Assembly (NCBI GenBank): GCA_951406725.2 | Contig: OX597825.1 | Span: 71,238,001 to 71,302,000 of the forward strand | Length of the DNA stretch: 64,000 bases | Origin: Octopus vulgaris | Lineage: Eukaryota | Reading direction: 5' to 3' | Part shown: positions 12,700-24,720 of the stretch, one piece after another | Layout: every line of letters starts with the position of its first letter | Position numbering within the stretch: the first letter of the stretch is position 1 | Program-made: the position numbers and the translations under genes | The notes under the pieces: generated by a model | What the model was told of the DNA's origin: nothing | Database searches by the model: none | What the model saw: only the letters and a program-made list of their open reading frames with translations

Positions 12700-13849
12700 A
12701 CCCCCCCTCAACATAACTGTCTGTTCATGAACTCTCTTGTTATTTATTCCTTTTAATCTTGCCTTCCTTAGATGTTTGCTTTCATCTTTTGATTTTTGCC
12801 TGGCTGTTTACCAATATCTTGAGAACCAGGTAGAATATGTATGGCAAGACCCATCTAAATGTTAGAGATTTCGAAATTCTTGAAATCATGCAAAGAATGG
12901 AAGAATGGCAACAGAAATATTTGGCAATTGGTAAACAATCTACAGTCTCCACCTCCATTATTGAAGAGCTAACAACATTTATTGCAAAACAAAAATAAAA
13001 AGCTGTAAACAAAGAGAATGTCAATAGAACAATGACATACTAAAATTTTTTTTATTATTTAGTGAGCAGAAGAATGATTGTGTTCATGGTTTTTTCAAGG
13101 CCTCTTAGACTGGTGGGAGAAACAACCATAGCTCATGTTGTTGCAATAATATACAGTGTATTAAAATATTGAGCTAACTACAAACCAGAGGTTAGTTCTG
13201 TGGTTGAGAAGATTGCTTCCCAACCATGTGGTTTTGGGGTCGGTCTAATTGTGCAGTATTTTATACAAGCGTCTTCTGTTATAGCCCTGAGCTGATCAAA
13301 GCCTTCTATGTGGATTTGGTGAATGGAAACTGAAAGAAGCCTATCTTGTGTGTGTCTGTGCATGTGCAAAGTATTTTATGCAAATGCCTTCTGTTATAGC
13401 CTTGGACTGACCAAAGCTTTGTATGTGGATTTGGTGAATGGAAACTGAAAGAAACCTCTCGTGTGTGTGTGTACCATTGTCTATACATTACTTCAGTATA
13501 TGATGATTTTCATTAGCAACCTATGCACACCCAATTTTATCTCTGGGAAGAAGTGGTACATAATCTGGCCTCTATCTTTTAAACATGTCCAGCATGGGTG
13601 GTGGGTTTCTAACAAGAGCTAGTGCTTCCACTGACATAGCTCTTTAGGTTATTGATGCATACAAGCCACCACACAGCAACAAGGACTAAACCTTGTGATG
13701 GAACATATTTCTTAAAGACACCGACTTATAAAAGTTTAATCTGAACATGAACTACATCAGTCTCCCCAATCTTAGAAGTCCAGTAAGGTTCATTGTCTTC
13801 AGCCCTTCCTTAGTGACTACAGAGCATGTGTATGGGCACTGTTGTGGTT

Positions 13850-14152
13850 ATGGCAATGAGGGTTCCAGTTGATCCAATCACTGGAACAGCCTGCTTGTGA
13901 AATTAACATGCAAGTGGCTGAGTACTCCACAGATACGTGTAACCCTTAATGTAGTTCTCAGGGAGATTCAGCATGACACAGTGTGACAAGGCCGGTCCCT
14001 TTGAAATACAGGTACGACTCATTTTTGCCAGCTGAGTGGACTGGAGCAACATGAAATAAATTGCTTTGCTCAAGGGCGCAACACATTGTTCGGAATTGAA
14101 CTTACAACATTGCAATCGCGAGTCGATTACCTTAACCACTAAGCCATGCACC
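13850..14152 (-). mobile_element. SINE family D (tRNA-like head, ctccagtccactcagc body)
   Basis: Reverse complement shows gcatggcttagtggttaag head; shared body with 15918 and 35788. Confidence 0.8.
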
Positions 14153-15597
14153 TTATAAAGCACACTCTGACAAAAAACATTCTATCTCACCTTTCTTTTC
14201 TATAATGGTAAGGTGTGATGTGATGGAGATTTGGCTGGTATTTCTACCAGCTGAATGACTGCATATTGACTTGTTAATTTAATTATTGGTATTATTGGTT
14301 GTATGATGAAGAAATAAAAAAAAACAAAAAGAAAGCCTTAATGTTTGTTTCCTCTGAAATTCCTTGAAATGATCTAGATTCACAAAAGTGTAGCTAACAT
14401 CTCCATTTCTAGGTCATCAATTTTCAAATCAGGGCATCAGCTTCTCATTAATCTCTTCCGGCTCTTCAAAATATTAGCACCCATCATACATCCATCACCA
14501 TATTGAATGATTCAAGGGTAATGTGTATGTTATCCTAGCTCAGAGTCCTGTACATTTCAGCTGATCTTATTTAAATAGATTCCACGCCTCCCCCTCTCTC
14601 CCACCCTCTTCTCTCCCTCTCTTCTCCATTTTCCCCTCTTCCCTTCCTCTTTTGATTGTTATAGTGTTATGTTTAACCCTATACAATTCCCAGTATCTCT
14701 TACCTTTTACTTGTTTCAGTCAGTGAGCTGTGACCATGTTAAACGAATCGGAACCCCCCCCCCCCCCAGTTCTTATTTTTAAGTCTGGTACTCGTCCTGT
14801 TGGTCTCCTGTGCTAAACTGCTAAGTTATGGAGGATGTAAACAAACCAGCACAGACCACTAGGTGGTGGTGGGAGATAACACAAACACACACACACATAC
14901 ATGCACATACACAATGACCTTCCACATTGTTTCCATTCTCCAGATTCACTCAGAAGGCATTGGTCAGCTGTAGTCTGCAATAGAAAATGTTTGCCCAAAG
15001 GGCTGTGTGGTGAGATTGAACCCAAAACCTCATGGTTTCAACGCAAACTTAACTCATGGCCATGCCTGCACTAGAATCAGATTTGTTTGATAAAAGATTT
15101 TAGCTTCCTCTTTACTTCATTTTCTCTGTCCCCTCTTCCTTCAGTTTTATAACCATTTTTATATCATCAATTTTATGGGTGGCCATGTAGAATGATTTAG
15201 CATCTATGATGAAGAGAAGTTTCAAATGTCTTTGGAAAAGAGTAAACTTGTTGAGGTTTAGGTTATGCTCAGTGTTTTTAGCTTTCTCTTTCTTGTCTTT
15301 GCCCATCTTTGCTTTCCTTTCTGTACCTCACTCTTTTTCTATCTCTTGCTGTGTCTTTCATTTTCTGTTCACCCTGTTTTGATTGTTCTCTCTCTTTCTC
15401 TCCCATATATAAAGGGAAAGTTTACGAAAATAAACAAACGACGAAGGCAGGTGGAGTACAAACAAACAAATGCATTAGTATAGCGCTCAGGAATAGAAAA
15501 AGTCTTTTATGTTTCGAGCCTATGCTCTTCGACAGAAAAATACACAGAAAAAAACAAGGAGAGAAAAAAATGCGTGTAGGAGCTAACGATCTATTCC

Positions 15598-15635
<38 letters not shown>

Positions 15636-15656
15636 TATAAAATATATGCACTCTTT

Positions 15657-16240
15657 TAAAGCCTAGCCAGGTTCATGGGCCTGGTTTCCCAGTTTCAATG
15701 GCATATGTGCTCCCCAGCTGAACAGGACGCCAGTCCATCACAGCGTTACTCATTTTTGCCAGCTGAGTGGACTGGAGCAACGTGAAATGAAGTGTTTTGC
15801 TCAAGGACACAACGCATTGCCCGCTCCAGGAATCGAAACCACAATCTTACGATCATGATGCTGACACCCTAACCACTAAACCACACGCCTCCACATATAT
15901 ATGTGTGTGTGAGTGTGTGAAGTCAGATGACTTAGTGGTTTGGCTATTTGGCTCATGATTGTAAGGCCATGAATTTGATTCCCATCCAAATGCGGTGTCC
16001 TTGAGCAGGGCATTTTATTTCATATTACTCCAGTCCACTCAGCAGGCAAAAATTGGTTGTACCTGTATTTCAAAGGGTCAGCCTTGTCACATTGTGTGTC
16101 CCACTGAATCTCCTTGTGAACTACATCGAAGGTACACGTGTCTGTGGAGTACTCAGTCCCGTGTACATTAATTTCATGACCAGGCAGTTCCATTGATTAG
16201 ATCGACTGGAACCCTAATCGTCATCACTGACGGAGTGTCA
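15657..16240. mobile_element. Two family D SINEs head-to-head (15657..15893 minus, 15918..16240 plus)
   Basis: tttgccagctgagtggactggag vs ctccagtccactcagcaggcaaa, separated by ~25 bp of TA/TG. Confidence 0.8.
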
Positions 16241-16334
16241 GTTATACACACACACACACATCTTTACTCTTTTATTCTTTATGCCTCTTATTTTCTCTTT
16301 TTCTCTACTTCATGCTGTTCTCTATTACCTTCCC

Positions 16335-16567
16335 ATTTCTTTACTACCCACAAGGGGCTAAACACAGAGGGGACAAACAAGGACAGACAAACGGATTAAG
16401 TCGATTACATCGACCTCCAGTGCTTAACTGATACTTATTTTATCGACCCTGAAAGGATGAAAGGCAAAGTCGACCTCGGTGGAATTTGAACTCAGAATGT
16501 ATCGACTGGCGAAATACCGCTAAGCATTTCATCTAGCGTGCTAATGATTCTGCCAGCTCACTGCCTT
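16335..16567 (-). mobile_element. SINE family C
   Basis: tatcgaccctgaaaggatgaaaggcaaagtcgacctcggtggaatttgaactcagaa. Confidence 0.85.
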
Positions 16568-17076
16568 CCATCCTCTCTTTTCTTCTATTCTCTCTCTCTC
16601 TCCTCCTTTCTGTCATTCTTCTCTCTTTCACTATACCCAATTCTTCCTCTCTCCTAACCTCTCCCACTCTCTTATTTCCTCCACCCCATCCCTACCCTTC
16701 CTGATTGCTCACCCCCCCCATCCACCAGTAATCTTCCTTTCTATACTCACCCCACCTACTCCCACCATCTCTGCAACTTCTCCATGTTCCTCCCTCTCCA
16801 TCAACTCTATGACCCCATTACCTTCTCATTACCTCATATCTTCTCCTCATTGCTATGGCTGCTGTTTAGCTCTACACCTGTCTAATGCAATCAAGATTAA
16901 AGATATCACCACGAGTCTTACCTAACTGACTGACTAACATAACCGCATTGAGATAACTGGTGGTGATTGTGCCAGAGTGAGCCCTGCTTCAATCTAGAGA
17001 TGTTAGAAATAATTGCTGCATCTTATCTGATGGGGCTTTGACTTAAATTTATCTTGGGGTATAAACTCATAAGCTG

Positions 17077-17120
<44 letters not shown>

Positions 17121-17218
17121 ATGGACTTACATGTCTGTGTGCAAGCATGGGTAAACAAACAACTAACAGGTATTTCAATATATATACATAGATCACACAT
17201 CCATCACATTTCAAAGAA

Positions 17219-17267
<49 letters not shown>

Positions 17268-17312
17268 TTCTTTCTCTCTCTCTCTTTCTTTCTCTCTCTC
17301 TCTCTCTCTCTT

Positions 17313-17351
<39 letters not shown>

Positions 17352-17591
17352 CTCTCACACACACATCAAAACAAACAATAGAACTTAGTACGTGTGTGTG
17401 TGTTATACCCTTGGCCCCTCTGCTGATCAAAATACACACACACACAGAGGATGAACTACAAGCTGCATTTTACAGCTGGGTACCCTTCCTGTCACTAACC
17501 TTTAATTGTTTTCCAAGTAAGAGATCTCTTACTCCACACATCTTCGAAGGCACAAAGCCAGTGGATGATTTGTTCAATAGGAGAAATATCA

Positions 17592-17955
17592 ACAATATTA
17601 TTATATCCAGGGCCTCCATCGGTCATGGCTGACCATGGATGATGTCCGTTGAGTTGTCTATTCAGTTTTTGCAATGCCTCCTGTGGCTGTAGAGACCGAT
17701 GCGAGAGTGGCAGTCTCGTTTGCAGAGGTCACACCTATACGTTGAATCTGGCCTGTTGGCTGTCATTTCTTTTGTGAGGGCTCGACCTTCAGTTGCCGCC
17801 ACCCTCAAACTCTCTTCGCTGGCCTGCAGTTGTCTAAGAAGAGTGCCTCTCCAGCTGGTTCGGTCGGTTGTGAGATCCTCCCAGGAATTGGTGTTGATGC
17901 CAAGTGCCTTCATGTCCCTCCTGCACACTTCCCTGTACCTCAGCTTTGAGCGAGC
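17592..17955 (-). mobile_element. 5'-truncated RTE/BovB-clade LINE 3' end
   Basis: ORF 17662..17970: KLRYREVCRRDMKALGINTNSWEDL..DR..WR...CDLCKRDCHSRIGLYSHRRHC (RTE C-terminal zinc finger), short 3' UTR and (ATA)n tail. Confidence 0.9.
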
Positions 17956-18768
17956 AACAGTATTACACATATAAATATTTATAATGGGCTGCTTTTAGTT
18001 TTGATCAACCAAATCCACTTGTAAGGCTCTGGTCAACCCAGTACAATGTACTGTGCACTGGGATTGAACTCAAAGCTACATGGTTGTGAAGCAAACTTCA
18101 TAACCACGCAGCCATGCCTGCCTAAGATTTGACTGCATTTTAAACTGAATCACAAAATAATCTGAAACTATGTAAAAAAAATCTCTAGAGTTTCAACAGA
18201 CCTGATTAAACCAAAATATAGACAGCTTAGTTGCTAGATTTTTCGAGCTGAAAAATTTATTATCTATTACACTTTGCCAAAAAGTTGATTTTCTGTTCTT
18301 TTTTCCATTTTTTTTTTTTACTGTGATAAAAAAAAAAAATTGCATTGAATATTTTTGTAAACTTTCCAATTATTAAATTGAAGTTATTTTTTTTTCTCTC
18401 TATTTTCTTGTAAATAACACATTCAGGATGTTTATGCTACTCTTTATCTCTGTTTTAAACCCTTCGTGTCAGCAAAGAAAAAAAATGGATGTTTTTGACT
18501 GTGTGGTAAGAAGCTTGCTTCCCAACCACATGGTTCCGAGTTCAATCCCACTGTGTGACACCTTGGGCAACTATCTTCTACTATAACCCCAGGTTGACCA
18601 AAGCCTTGTCAGTGGATTTGGTAAGTGGAAACTGAAAGAAGCCCATCATGTATGCATGTGTATATATATATATATAATATTAATTCGAGACAAAACCACT
18701 ATTTTGCAAAACAAACAAGGAAAGACTTAATCAATACATAAAAATTTTTAATATAAAGAAATAAACCG

Positions 18769-18811
18769 CCACTACAATCGTTTCATGTCTTCAATGACAT
18801 TCGTCAGGTGG
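18769..18811 (-). ncRNA. Mirror copy of the hammerhead ribozyme
   Basis: Exact reverse complement of 18880..18922 in the left palindrome arm. Confidence 0.85.
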
Positions 18812-18879
18812 ATTTTCGATCTCCTAATCTGTTTTAATTTATGACTTCATAAATTAAAACAGATTAGGAGATCGAAAAT

Positions 18880-18922
18880 CCACCTGACGAATGTCATTGA
18901 AGACATGAAACGATTGTAGTGG
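18880..18922 (+). ncRNA. Minimal type-I hammerhead ribozyme
   Basis: ccac-CTGACGA-atgtc(attgaa)gacat-GAAA-C(gatt)G-TA-gtgg: full catalytic core, stems I and II, 1-2-bp stem III, GUA cleavage triplet ending at 18918. Confidence 0.85.
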
Positions 18923-19122
18923 CGGTTTATTTCTTTATATTAAAAATTTTTATGTATTGATTAAGTCTTTCCTTGTTTGTTTTGCAAAATAGTGGTTTTG
19001 TCTCGAATTAATATTATATAATATTTTACTATAAATTTGGATTTAATCCTAAATCTGATTTTTCCCTGTAAATTTGGATTTATTCCCTAATATTTATTAT
19101 TATATATATATATATATATATC

Positions 19123-19356
19123 ATGTAAAAAGCACCAACCGATCGTGGTCGCTGCCAGCCACCCCTGGCACCTGTGCCGGTGTAAAAAGCACCCACTATA
19201 CTCACGGAGTGGTTGGCGTTAAGAAGGGCATCCAGCTGTAGAAACACTGCCAGATTAGACTGGAGCCTGGTGCAGCCTCCTGGCTTCCCAGACCCTGGTC
19301 GAACTGTCCAACTCGTGCTAGCATGGAAAACGGACATTAAACGATGATGATGATGA
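19123..19356 (+). mobile_element. SINE family B
   Basis: gttggcgttaagaagggcatccagctgtagaaac...aaacgatgatgatg. Confidence 0.85.
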
Positions 19357-20024
19357 TATATATATTAGAATGAAGGATAGCAGGGTCCCTAAATAGAATA
19401 TTTTTGCTGCTAGATGTTTTTCTAAGGGGTAATATAGTGACTTTTAATAATATAAACTTTGTAAAGTGCCAAACTACTCCTAAAAGCACCATAGACTTTT
19501 TGCCAGTTCTTCAATTAGTTCAAGTGCTCACCTTGTCAGTGTCTTCATTTTTCCTTTGCGTGCTTAATTTCTTGGTAAGTGTTCTTGACTAATGTGTCTA
19601 GTCACATAGGAGGAACTTCTTGTACTACTAATAATAATGCTTAATACTACTACTACTACTAATAATAATAATAATAGTACATTTCTGCTGACCCACAAAA
19701 GTAGAATTTGTCAAAAGGTAATTGCAAAGTTCTGCTGCACTCTAGCGCAGCCTTCACTATAAGAAAAAAAAAAAAAAAGAGGAGGAGGAGGATGGATGAG
19801 TTAGTGAACGGAAGCAGTACTCAGTGTTTTGTCTTTGGACAACCCAATATTAGCAGCACAAGACAAAAAGATATAGTTTTCAGCCATAAAGTAGACATCC
19901 TTTCTACTCAAGCCTTATGATTGATGGCTTGGTAAAGAAACTTTGTCAGCTAACAGTAAATGTATGAAACACATATGGAGTATTGACCTTAGGTTCACTA
20001 ATAAGGCAGACTTTATTCTAACTA

Positions 20025-20393
20025 CTAGCAGTATTGCCTGGCGTTGCTCGGGTTTGTTTTAACCCTTTAGAATTGGAATTTTTGAACAGTAAAAATTTTG
20101 CATTATGTAGCTTGTTATTCTCTTTAAGTGAACATTTTTCTGGTTGAAATACACCAAAAAATGGCGTAAAAAATAGGGATTATCATAGAAAAAAAAGCAC
20201 CTTTTTGATGTAAATAATTTTTGGTGTTAACATGGTACGATTTGAATTTTTTTCTTCTACAGAAGGAAGAGCAGGCCTTCTTCTATCATACTCTCAATTT
20301 TGGTCAACTTGTGCCGCAGGGTCTCAGAGTAGACAGTGTTAGTTGAAGGCTACCAAACCTGCCATACACAGACAAGCTTTATATATAGAGAGA
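20025..20393 (-). mobile_element. Non-autonomous Helitron
   Basis: Minus strand begins A|TCTCTCTATATA and ends with hairpin ccgagcaacgccagg then CTAG|T; no TSD. Confidence 0.8.
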
Positions 20394-20651
20394 TTGTATG
20401 CTGTATGTATCACCATATAGGTCTGCTTGGCTCTGTTTATTTGTTTGACAACATAGGCTCTTCCTGCACCAGCTACAAATTCCAGTTGATTGGTTAAGAT
20501 GTAGGAAAAGCATCCATGTGTTAATCTATTTTTTGCTATGACTGTATCCAGTGGAATAATTTGTATTGTGGCAGATGCAGGTGTGACTGTATCATTAAGA
20601 AGTTTGTTTTCCAACCATGTAGTTTTGGGTTCAGTCCCACTGTATGGCACT

Positions 20652-21107
20652 TTAACCCTTTCATTACTGTATTTATTTTGAGATGCTTTGTGTTTCTTTC
20701 AATTACTTAAAATATAACAGAGAATTTAGCAAAATAACTTAGTTACCATTAAGTTAGTGTTAGGAACATAAATTGTGACTAAGGCTTGGTGGAAGATTTT
20801 AATTCAAAACTTATGGAAACAAGACATTTGTAGTACAGAGCCAGAGGTGGTTTAATCCAGGTTGGTAACGAAAAGGTTAAACCCTTTTGATACCAGCCTG
20901 ACTGAAACCACCTCTGGCTCTATAGTACAAATGTCTTGTTTTCAAAAGTTCTGAATTAAAATCTTCCTCCAAACCTTAGCCACAGTTTATGTTCCTAACA
21001 CTAACTTAATGGTAACTAAGTTGTTTTAATAAGTTCTTTGTTACATTTAAAATTAATTGAAAGAAACACAGGCTACTTCAACAGAAATATGGTAACAAAA
21101 GGGTTAA
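20652..21107. mobile_element. Inverted dimer of a ~225-bp piggyBac-like MITE, inserted in a family A SINE
   Basis: TTAA-CCCTTT...AAAAGG-TTAA-A-CCCTTTT...AAAAGGG-TTAA; halves are imperfect reverse complements; host SINE resumes after 21107. Confidence 0.85.
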
Positions 21108-21576
21108 GCAAATGTCTTTTACTATAGCCCCTGGGTACACTGTCCAAAGTATTGTGTATGGATTTGGTAGACAGAAGCTGAAAGAAGCCTATTTTGTGTA
21201 TATATGTGTGCATTTGTATTTCCACACCTTAGCATCATGCAATGGTTGTAAACTAGAATCTTTGTCATGCAAGCAATGTCCCTCATTCCCATTCTTTCAC
21301 TCTTCCACATCTGGTTACAGGGAACCATTATCTTACTTGGAAACAGATGAGGGTGGGCAACAAGAATGGCATCTGGTTGTAGAAAATCTACCTCAGTAAA
21401 TTCAAATTCTGTCCACTTCCACGTGAGCTTAGAAAAGTGAACATTGAAATGATGATGATGATGAAGTAGTATGGAAAAAGTGGATGTATATTAATAATGT
21501 TAATTTTGAGTTATGCTTTTGTGCTTTTATTTCTCTACTCACACTAAAACAGGTTTGGGATTGACTCAGTGGTTTG

Positions 21577-21802
21577 ATTAACCCTTTAGCATTCAGATTA
21601 CTCTAATGTAATGCTTATTTATTTATGTTGATTTAAATAACTCATGCATTATCTTGTAGCTTTGAGATTTTGATGATGTTATTGTTTATTTTTAGCATGG
21701 CATTGTTGGATTAATGTAAGAGGCTGGATCCAATCAGTTTGAATGTAAAACAGGTAGAATATTTTGGGCCGGATATGGCCGGTTTAAATGCCAAAGGGTT
21801 AA
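21577..21802. mobile_element. piggyBac-like MITE, second family (related partial copies ~38700-38865 and ~58630-58813)
   Basis: ttaaccctttagcatt...aatgccaaagggttaa TIRs with TTAA. Confidence 0.8.
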
Positions 21803-21831
21803 GATGTAATACAGTGGCAATTTCTTGACAT

Positions 21832-22134
21832 GTTGTTTGTTCCTTCTCGAGCCACGCCTGGCTCATAAGGGCCAGTTTCCCGGTTTCATTGGTGTATAGG
21901 TTCCCCTCCTGGACGGGACACCAGTCTGTCGCAGGTGAGCTGCAAGATGCAGGAGGAAAGAGTGAGAGAAAGTTGTGGCAAAAGAGTCAGCAGAAGTTCG
22001 CCATTACCTTCTGCTGGAGCCGCATGGAGCTTAGGTGTTTCGCTCATAAACACACACATCGCCCGGTCTGAAATTTGAACCCGTGATCCCTTGACTGAGA
22101 GTCCGCTGCTCTAACCACTAGGCCATGTGCCTCT
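21832..22134 (-). mobile_element. SINE family D
   Basis: Reverse complement of 42943..43246. Confidence 0.9.
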
Positions 22135-22382
22135 TGACTTGTTGGCTATGATGAGGATATTACTAAAATCCTGAAACTTTTGTTGTTTGTTTTAGTTGTC
22201 TGTAAACTATCACTTCTACAGAAGTTCAAAAATTACCATACTTGGTAATTTTTTTTTTTTTTTGCTGTCTGCCTTTTGGTAACATTATCAACAGAGGAAG
22301 AATAACTGTTGTGGTCACACAGTTGTTTACATGTTCAGTGCTTTTATCTATTTATATAACAAGAAGACAACATGAAACAAAC

Positions 22383-23174
22383 ATGTGTCTGAACGTGTCA
22401 AAGTGCTGTCATCTGCCTGTCGGCTCTACTCCTGCAACTCAACTTGATTTCGAGCCGAGTCTTCTGCTGCTGGAGAGGACCTATCAGGTAAAGGACCTAG
22501 GTATCTTGGTGGATTCCTCCTTTTCGCCTTCGGCCCAGTGCGTCCATGCTGCCAACAAAGCACGCGGAATTCTGTTCTTGATTCGACGGTCATTCGGAAT
22601 GCTCACAGCAGCCATATTCCTACCACTCTATGTCACGCTGGTGAGACCCATATTGGAGTATGGGATTCAAGCCTCTTCTCCTTATCTCCTCAAAGACATA
22701 CAGCATCTCGAAAGAGTCCAGAAGCTGGCTACCCGCATGGTTCATGGTCTCAAAAATTTGTCCTACGAAGAAAGGCTGAGGACGCTCGACCTTTATTCTC
22801 TTGAAAAACGCCGCCGCCGTGGTGATCTCATTCTCGCCCACAACATCATAAGCGGAAAGTGTAACCTCTCGAAAGAGCTGTTCTTCACTCCTGCTCCAGA
22901 GCGTCGGCTGCGGGGTCATTCCGAAAAGCTCTACCTGCGACAATTTCATCTCAATCGAAGGAGAGGAGCTTTCTCCGTCCGGGTTGCGGATCCGTGGAAC
23001 AAGCTGCCAGACGAGATGGTGAAGATGCCGACGACCGCTTTGTTCAAAGCCTCCCTTGACCTCAAGTGGCCTGAACTCTTTACATGAACACCACCCTGTA
23101 CTTAACTCCATGTCCCCCTACATGGCCTTGCTATTTGCTTTTGAGCCAAATTAACTAACTAACTAACTAACTAA
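22383..23174 (+). mobile_element. Young 5'-truncated CR1-type LINE (ORF2 C-terminal part, 3' UTR, (TAAC)n tail)
   Basis: Uninterrupted LNVSKC...KDLGILVD...LYVTLVRPILEY...LERVQKLATRMVHGLKNLSYEERLRTLDLYSLEKRRRRGDLI...RGH...FSVRVADPWNKLP to stop at 23087; CpG-rich; microsatellite tail. Confidence 0.95.
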
Positions 23175-23444
23175 ATATCTCGTGTGTCAGTCTTTCACAG
23201 ATGTCTTTCCTTCAAGGGTTTCTAGTAAAATCTCTAGTCTGTCACAGATATCTTTCCTACAAGATCTGGCAATCTGGTTTCTCAGTCAGATAAACTAAAG
23301 CAACTATAATGAAGACATACCTTGCTCTGAAACATTTGCATATCAACATCAACACAGTATTTCTATAAATTACTTTTATGATTAAAAAACAATCAGAAAA
23401 CAATAAAAAAACAACTCAGCAGACTTTATTGGAAAACAGACAAA

Positions 23445-23885
23445 CAAATAAAGTTTTATTAGAAATATCAGAACACTTCCTTGAGGGCTTCATTGGTTGC
23501 ATACAACACATCTAGATGATACTCAATTTCTGACCATGTGTATTGGAGCATCCTTACATCAGCGTTAGATATAGCTTGGTGCATTTTCCCTTTGATATCA
23601 TTTAGGTCTTGAACTTTTGTATGATAGACTCTGTCCTTAATATAGCCCCTTAAGGTTTATATTTGGTGACCTCAGTGGCCATGGAACTACTGAACTGCTT
23701 CTTCTAGTCCCACCAGCTTGAAAAAGTTCCATTAAGAATCTCTCGAACACTCAACCGCCCACTGGGTCAGCACACCATCTTGTTGGAAAATAACTATTGG
23801 TTGTAAGTAGTACAATAGCGGTACTATGACAAATAGATACAATAAATTGTACAAGTTGTAAAGATAATTTATGGACAACCTGTAT
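23445..23885 (-). mobile_element. Internally deleted Tc1/mariner-superfamily transposon remnant
   Basis: Minus strand gives IFQQDG and (frameshifted) GYIKDRVYHTKVQDLNDIK...MLQYTWSEIEYHLDV..ATN; TIR-like TA-CAGGTTGTCCATAAATTATC at ~23863-23884. Confidence 0.75.
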
Positions 23886-24568
23886 ATACTTAGTAATTTG
23901 ATAAGTTAAATACCTAGCTGTTTGCACATCTGTACTGACCCTTTTATTATGGCAAAAATCAATAAAACAAATGACTATTGTTCTTGAATGTCACAAAAAC
24001 CTGCCACTGACTTGTATACTAAACCTTATTTTAATTAAAAACAGCAACCTACTTTTTTTTTATGGCTAGATTATCTCTTATAGCATTCTTTAGTGTTTTG
24101 GTTTCTTAGGCCTGCAGAGAGCAGCATATGTAGTTTTTTTCTCTTTTCTCTGAATATACAAAGCTGTGTGTCTCCTCATTCCAGTTGTGTATTTCTATCA
24201 GCTGTGCAGTGAGATAGAAACTAGTAGCTGTGGTGTTTAATGTGCAGGATTGACAGAAATGAGTTGCAACCTTTACTCCAGTCATTCATTATATTGTATC
24301 TCAAAGTAAAACATTACTCTTTGAATCTGCATGGTACATATAAGTGGTTAGATGTCTGGAAGACAAATTTTTTTCCTACACAAATCATAGTATGGCCATA
24401 CTGGAGCAGCACCTTGAAAGATTTAGTCTAACAAATTGTTGCTAGGACTTAGTTTTTTAGGTCAGGTACTTATTTTGTCAGTGTCTTTTGCCAAACTGTT
24501 AGGGGACAAAAACAAACCAACATCAATTATCAAATGGTGTGAAAGACAAGCACAAATACATCTGTCTG

Positions 24569-24623
<55 letters not shown>

Positions 24624-24639
24624 TCTATAATTATAAGCA

Positions 24640-24720
24640 TAATTATAATTAGGGTTCAGCAAAATGCTTCACCACATACCGAATTAGAAATAGCAGTTAA
24701 ATACTATTCCTCTACCATGA
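24640..24720. mobile_element. Single-arm copy of the 36097 palindromic family next to (TA)n
   Basis: ttataattagggttcagcaaaatgcttcaccacataccgaattagaaatagcagt matches 36102-36165. Confidence 0.7.

Larger units (their letters stand above)
18671..19095. mobile_element. Penelope-like-element-type insert in (TA)n with perfect 350-bp palindrome (18671..19020)
   Basis: 174-bp arms checked block by block with no mismatch, 2-nt centre (18845-18846); right arm continues ~75 bp to a TA tract; carries hammerhead motifs. Confidence 0.8.

Noticed and set aside
15112-15306. Possible minus-strand coding exon
   Set aside because: Weak splice sites, no recognisable homology, no partner exons
22242-23087. 281-aa ORF as a host gene
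   Set aside because: Truncated CR1 ORF2 lacking the RT catalytic core; the N-terminal ~47 residues are flanking DNA
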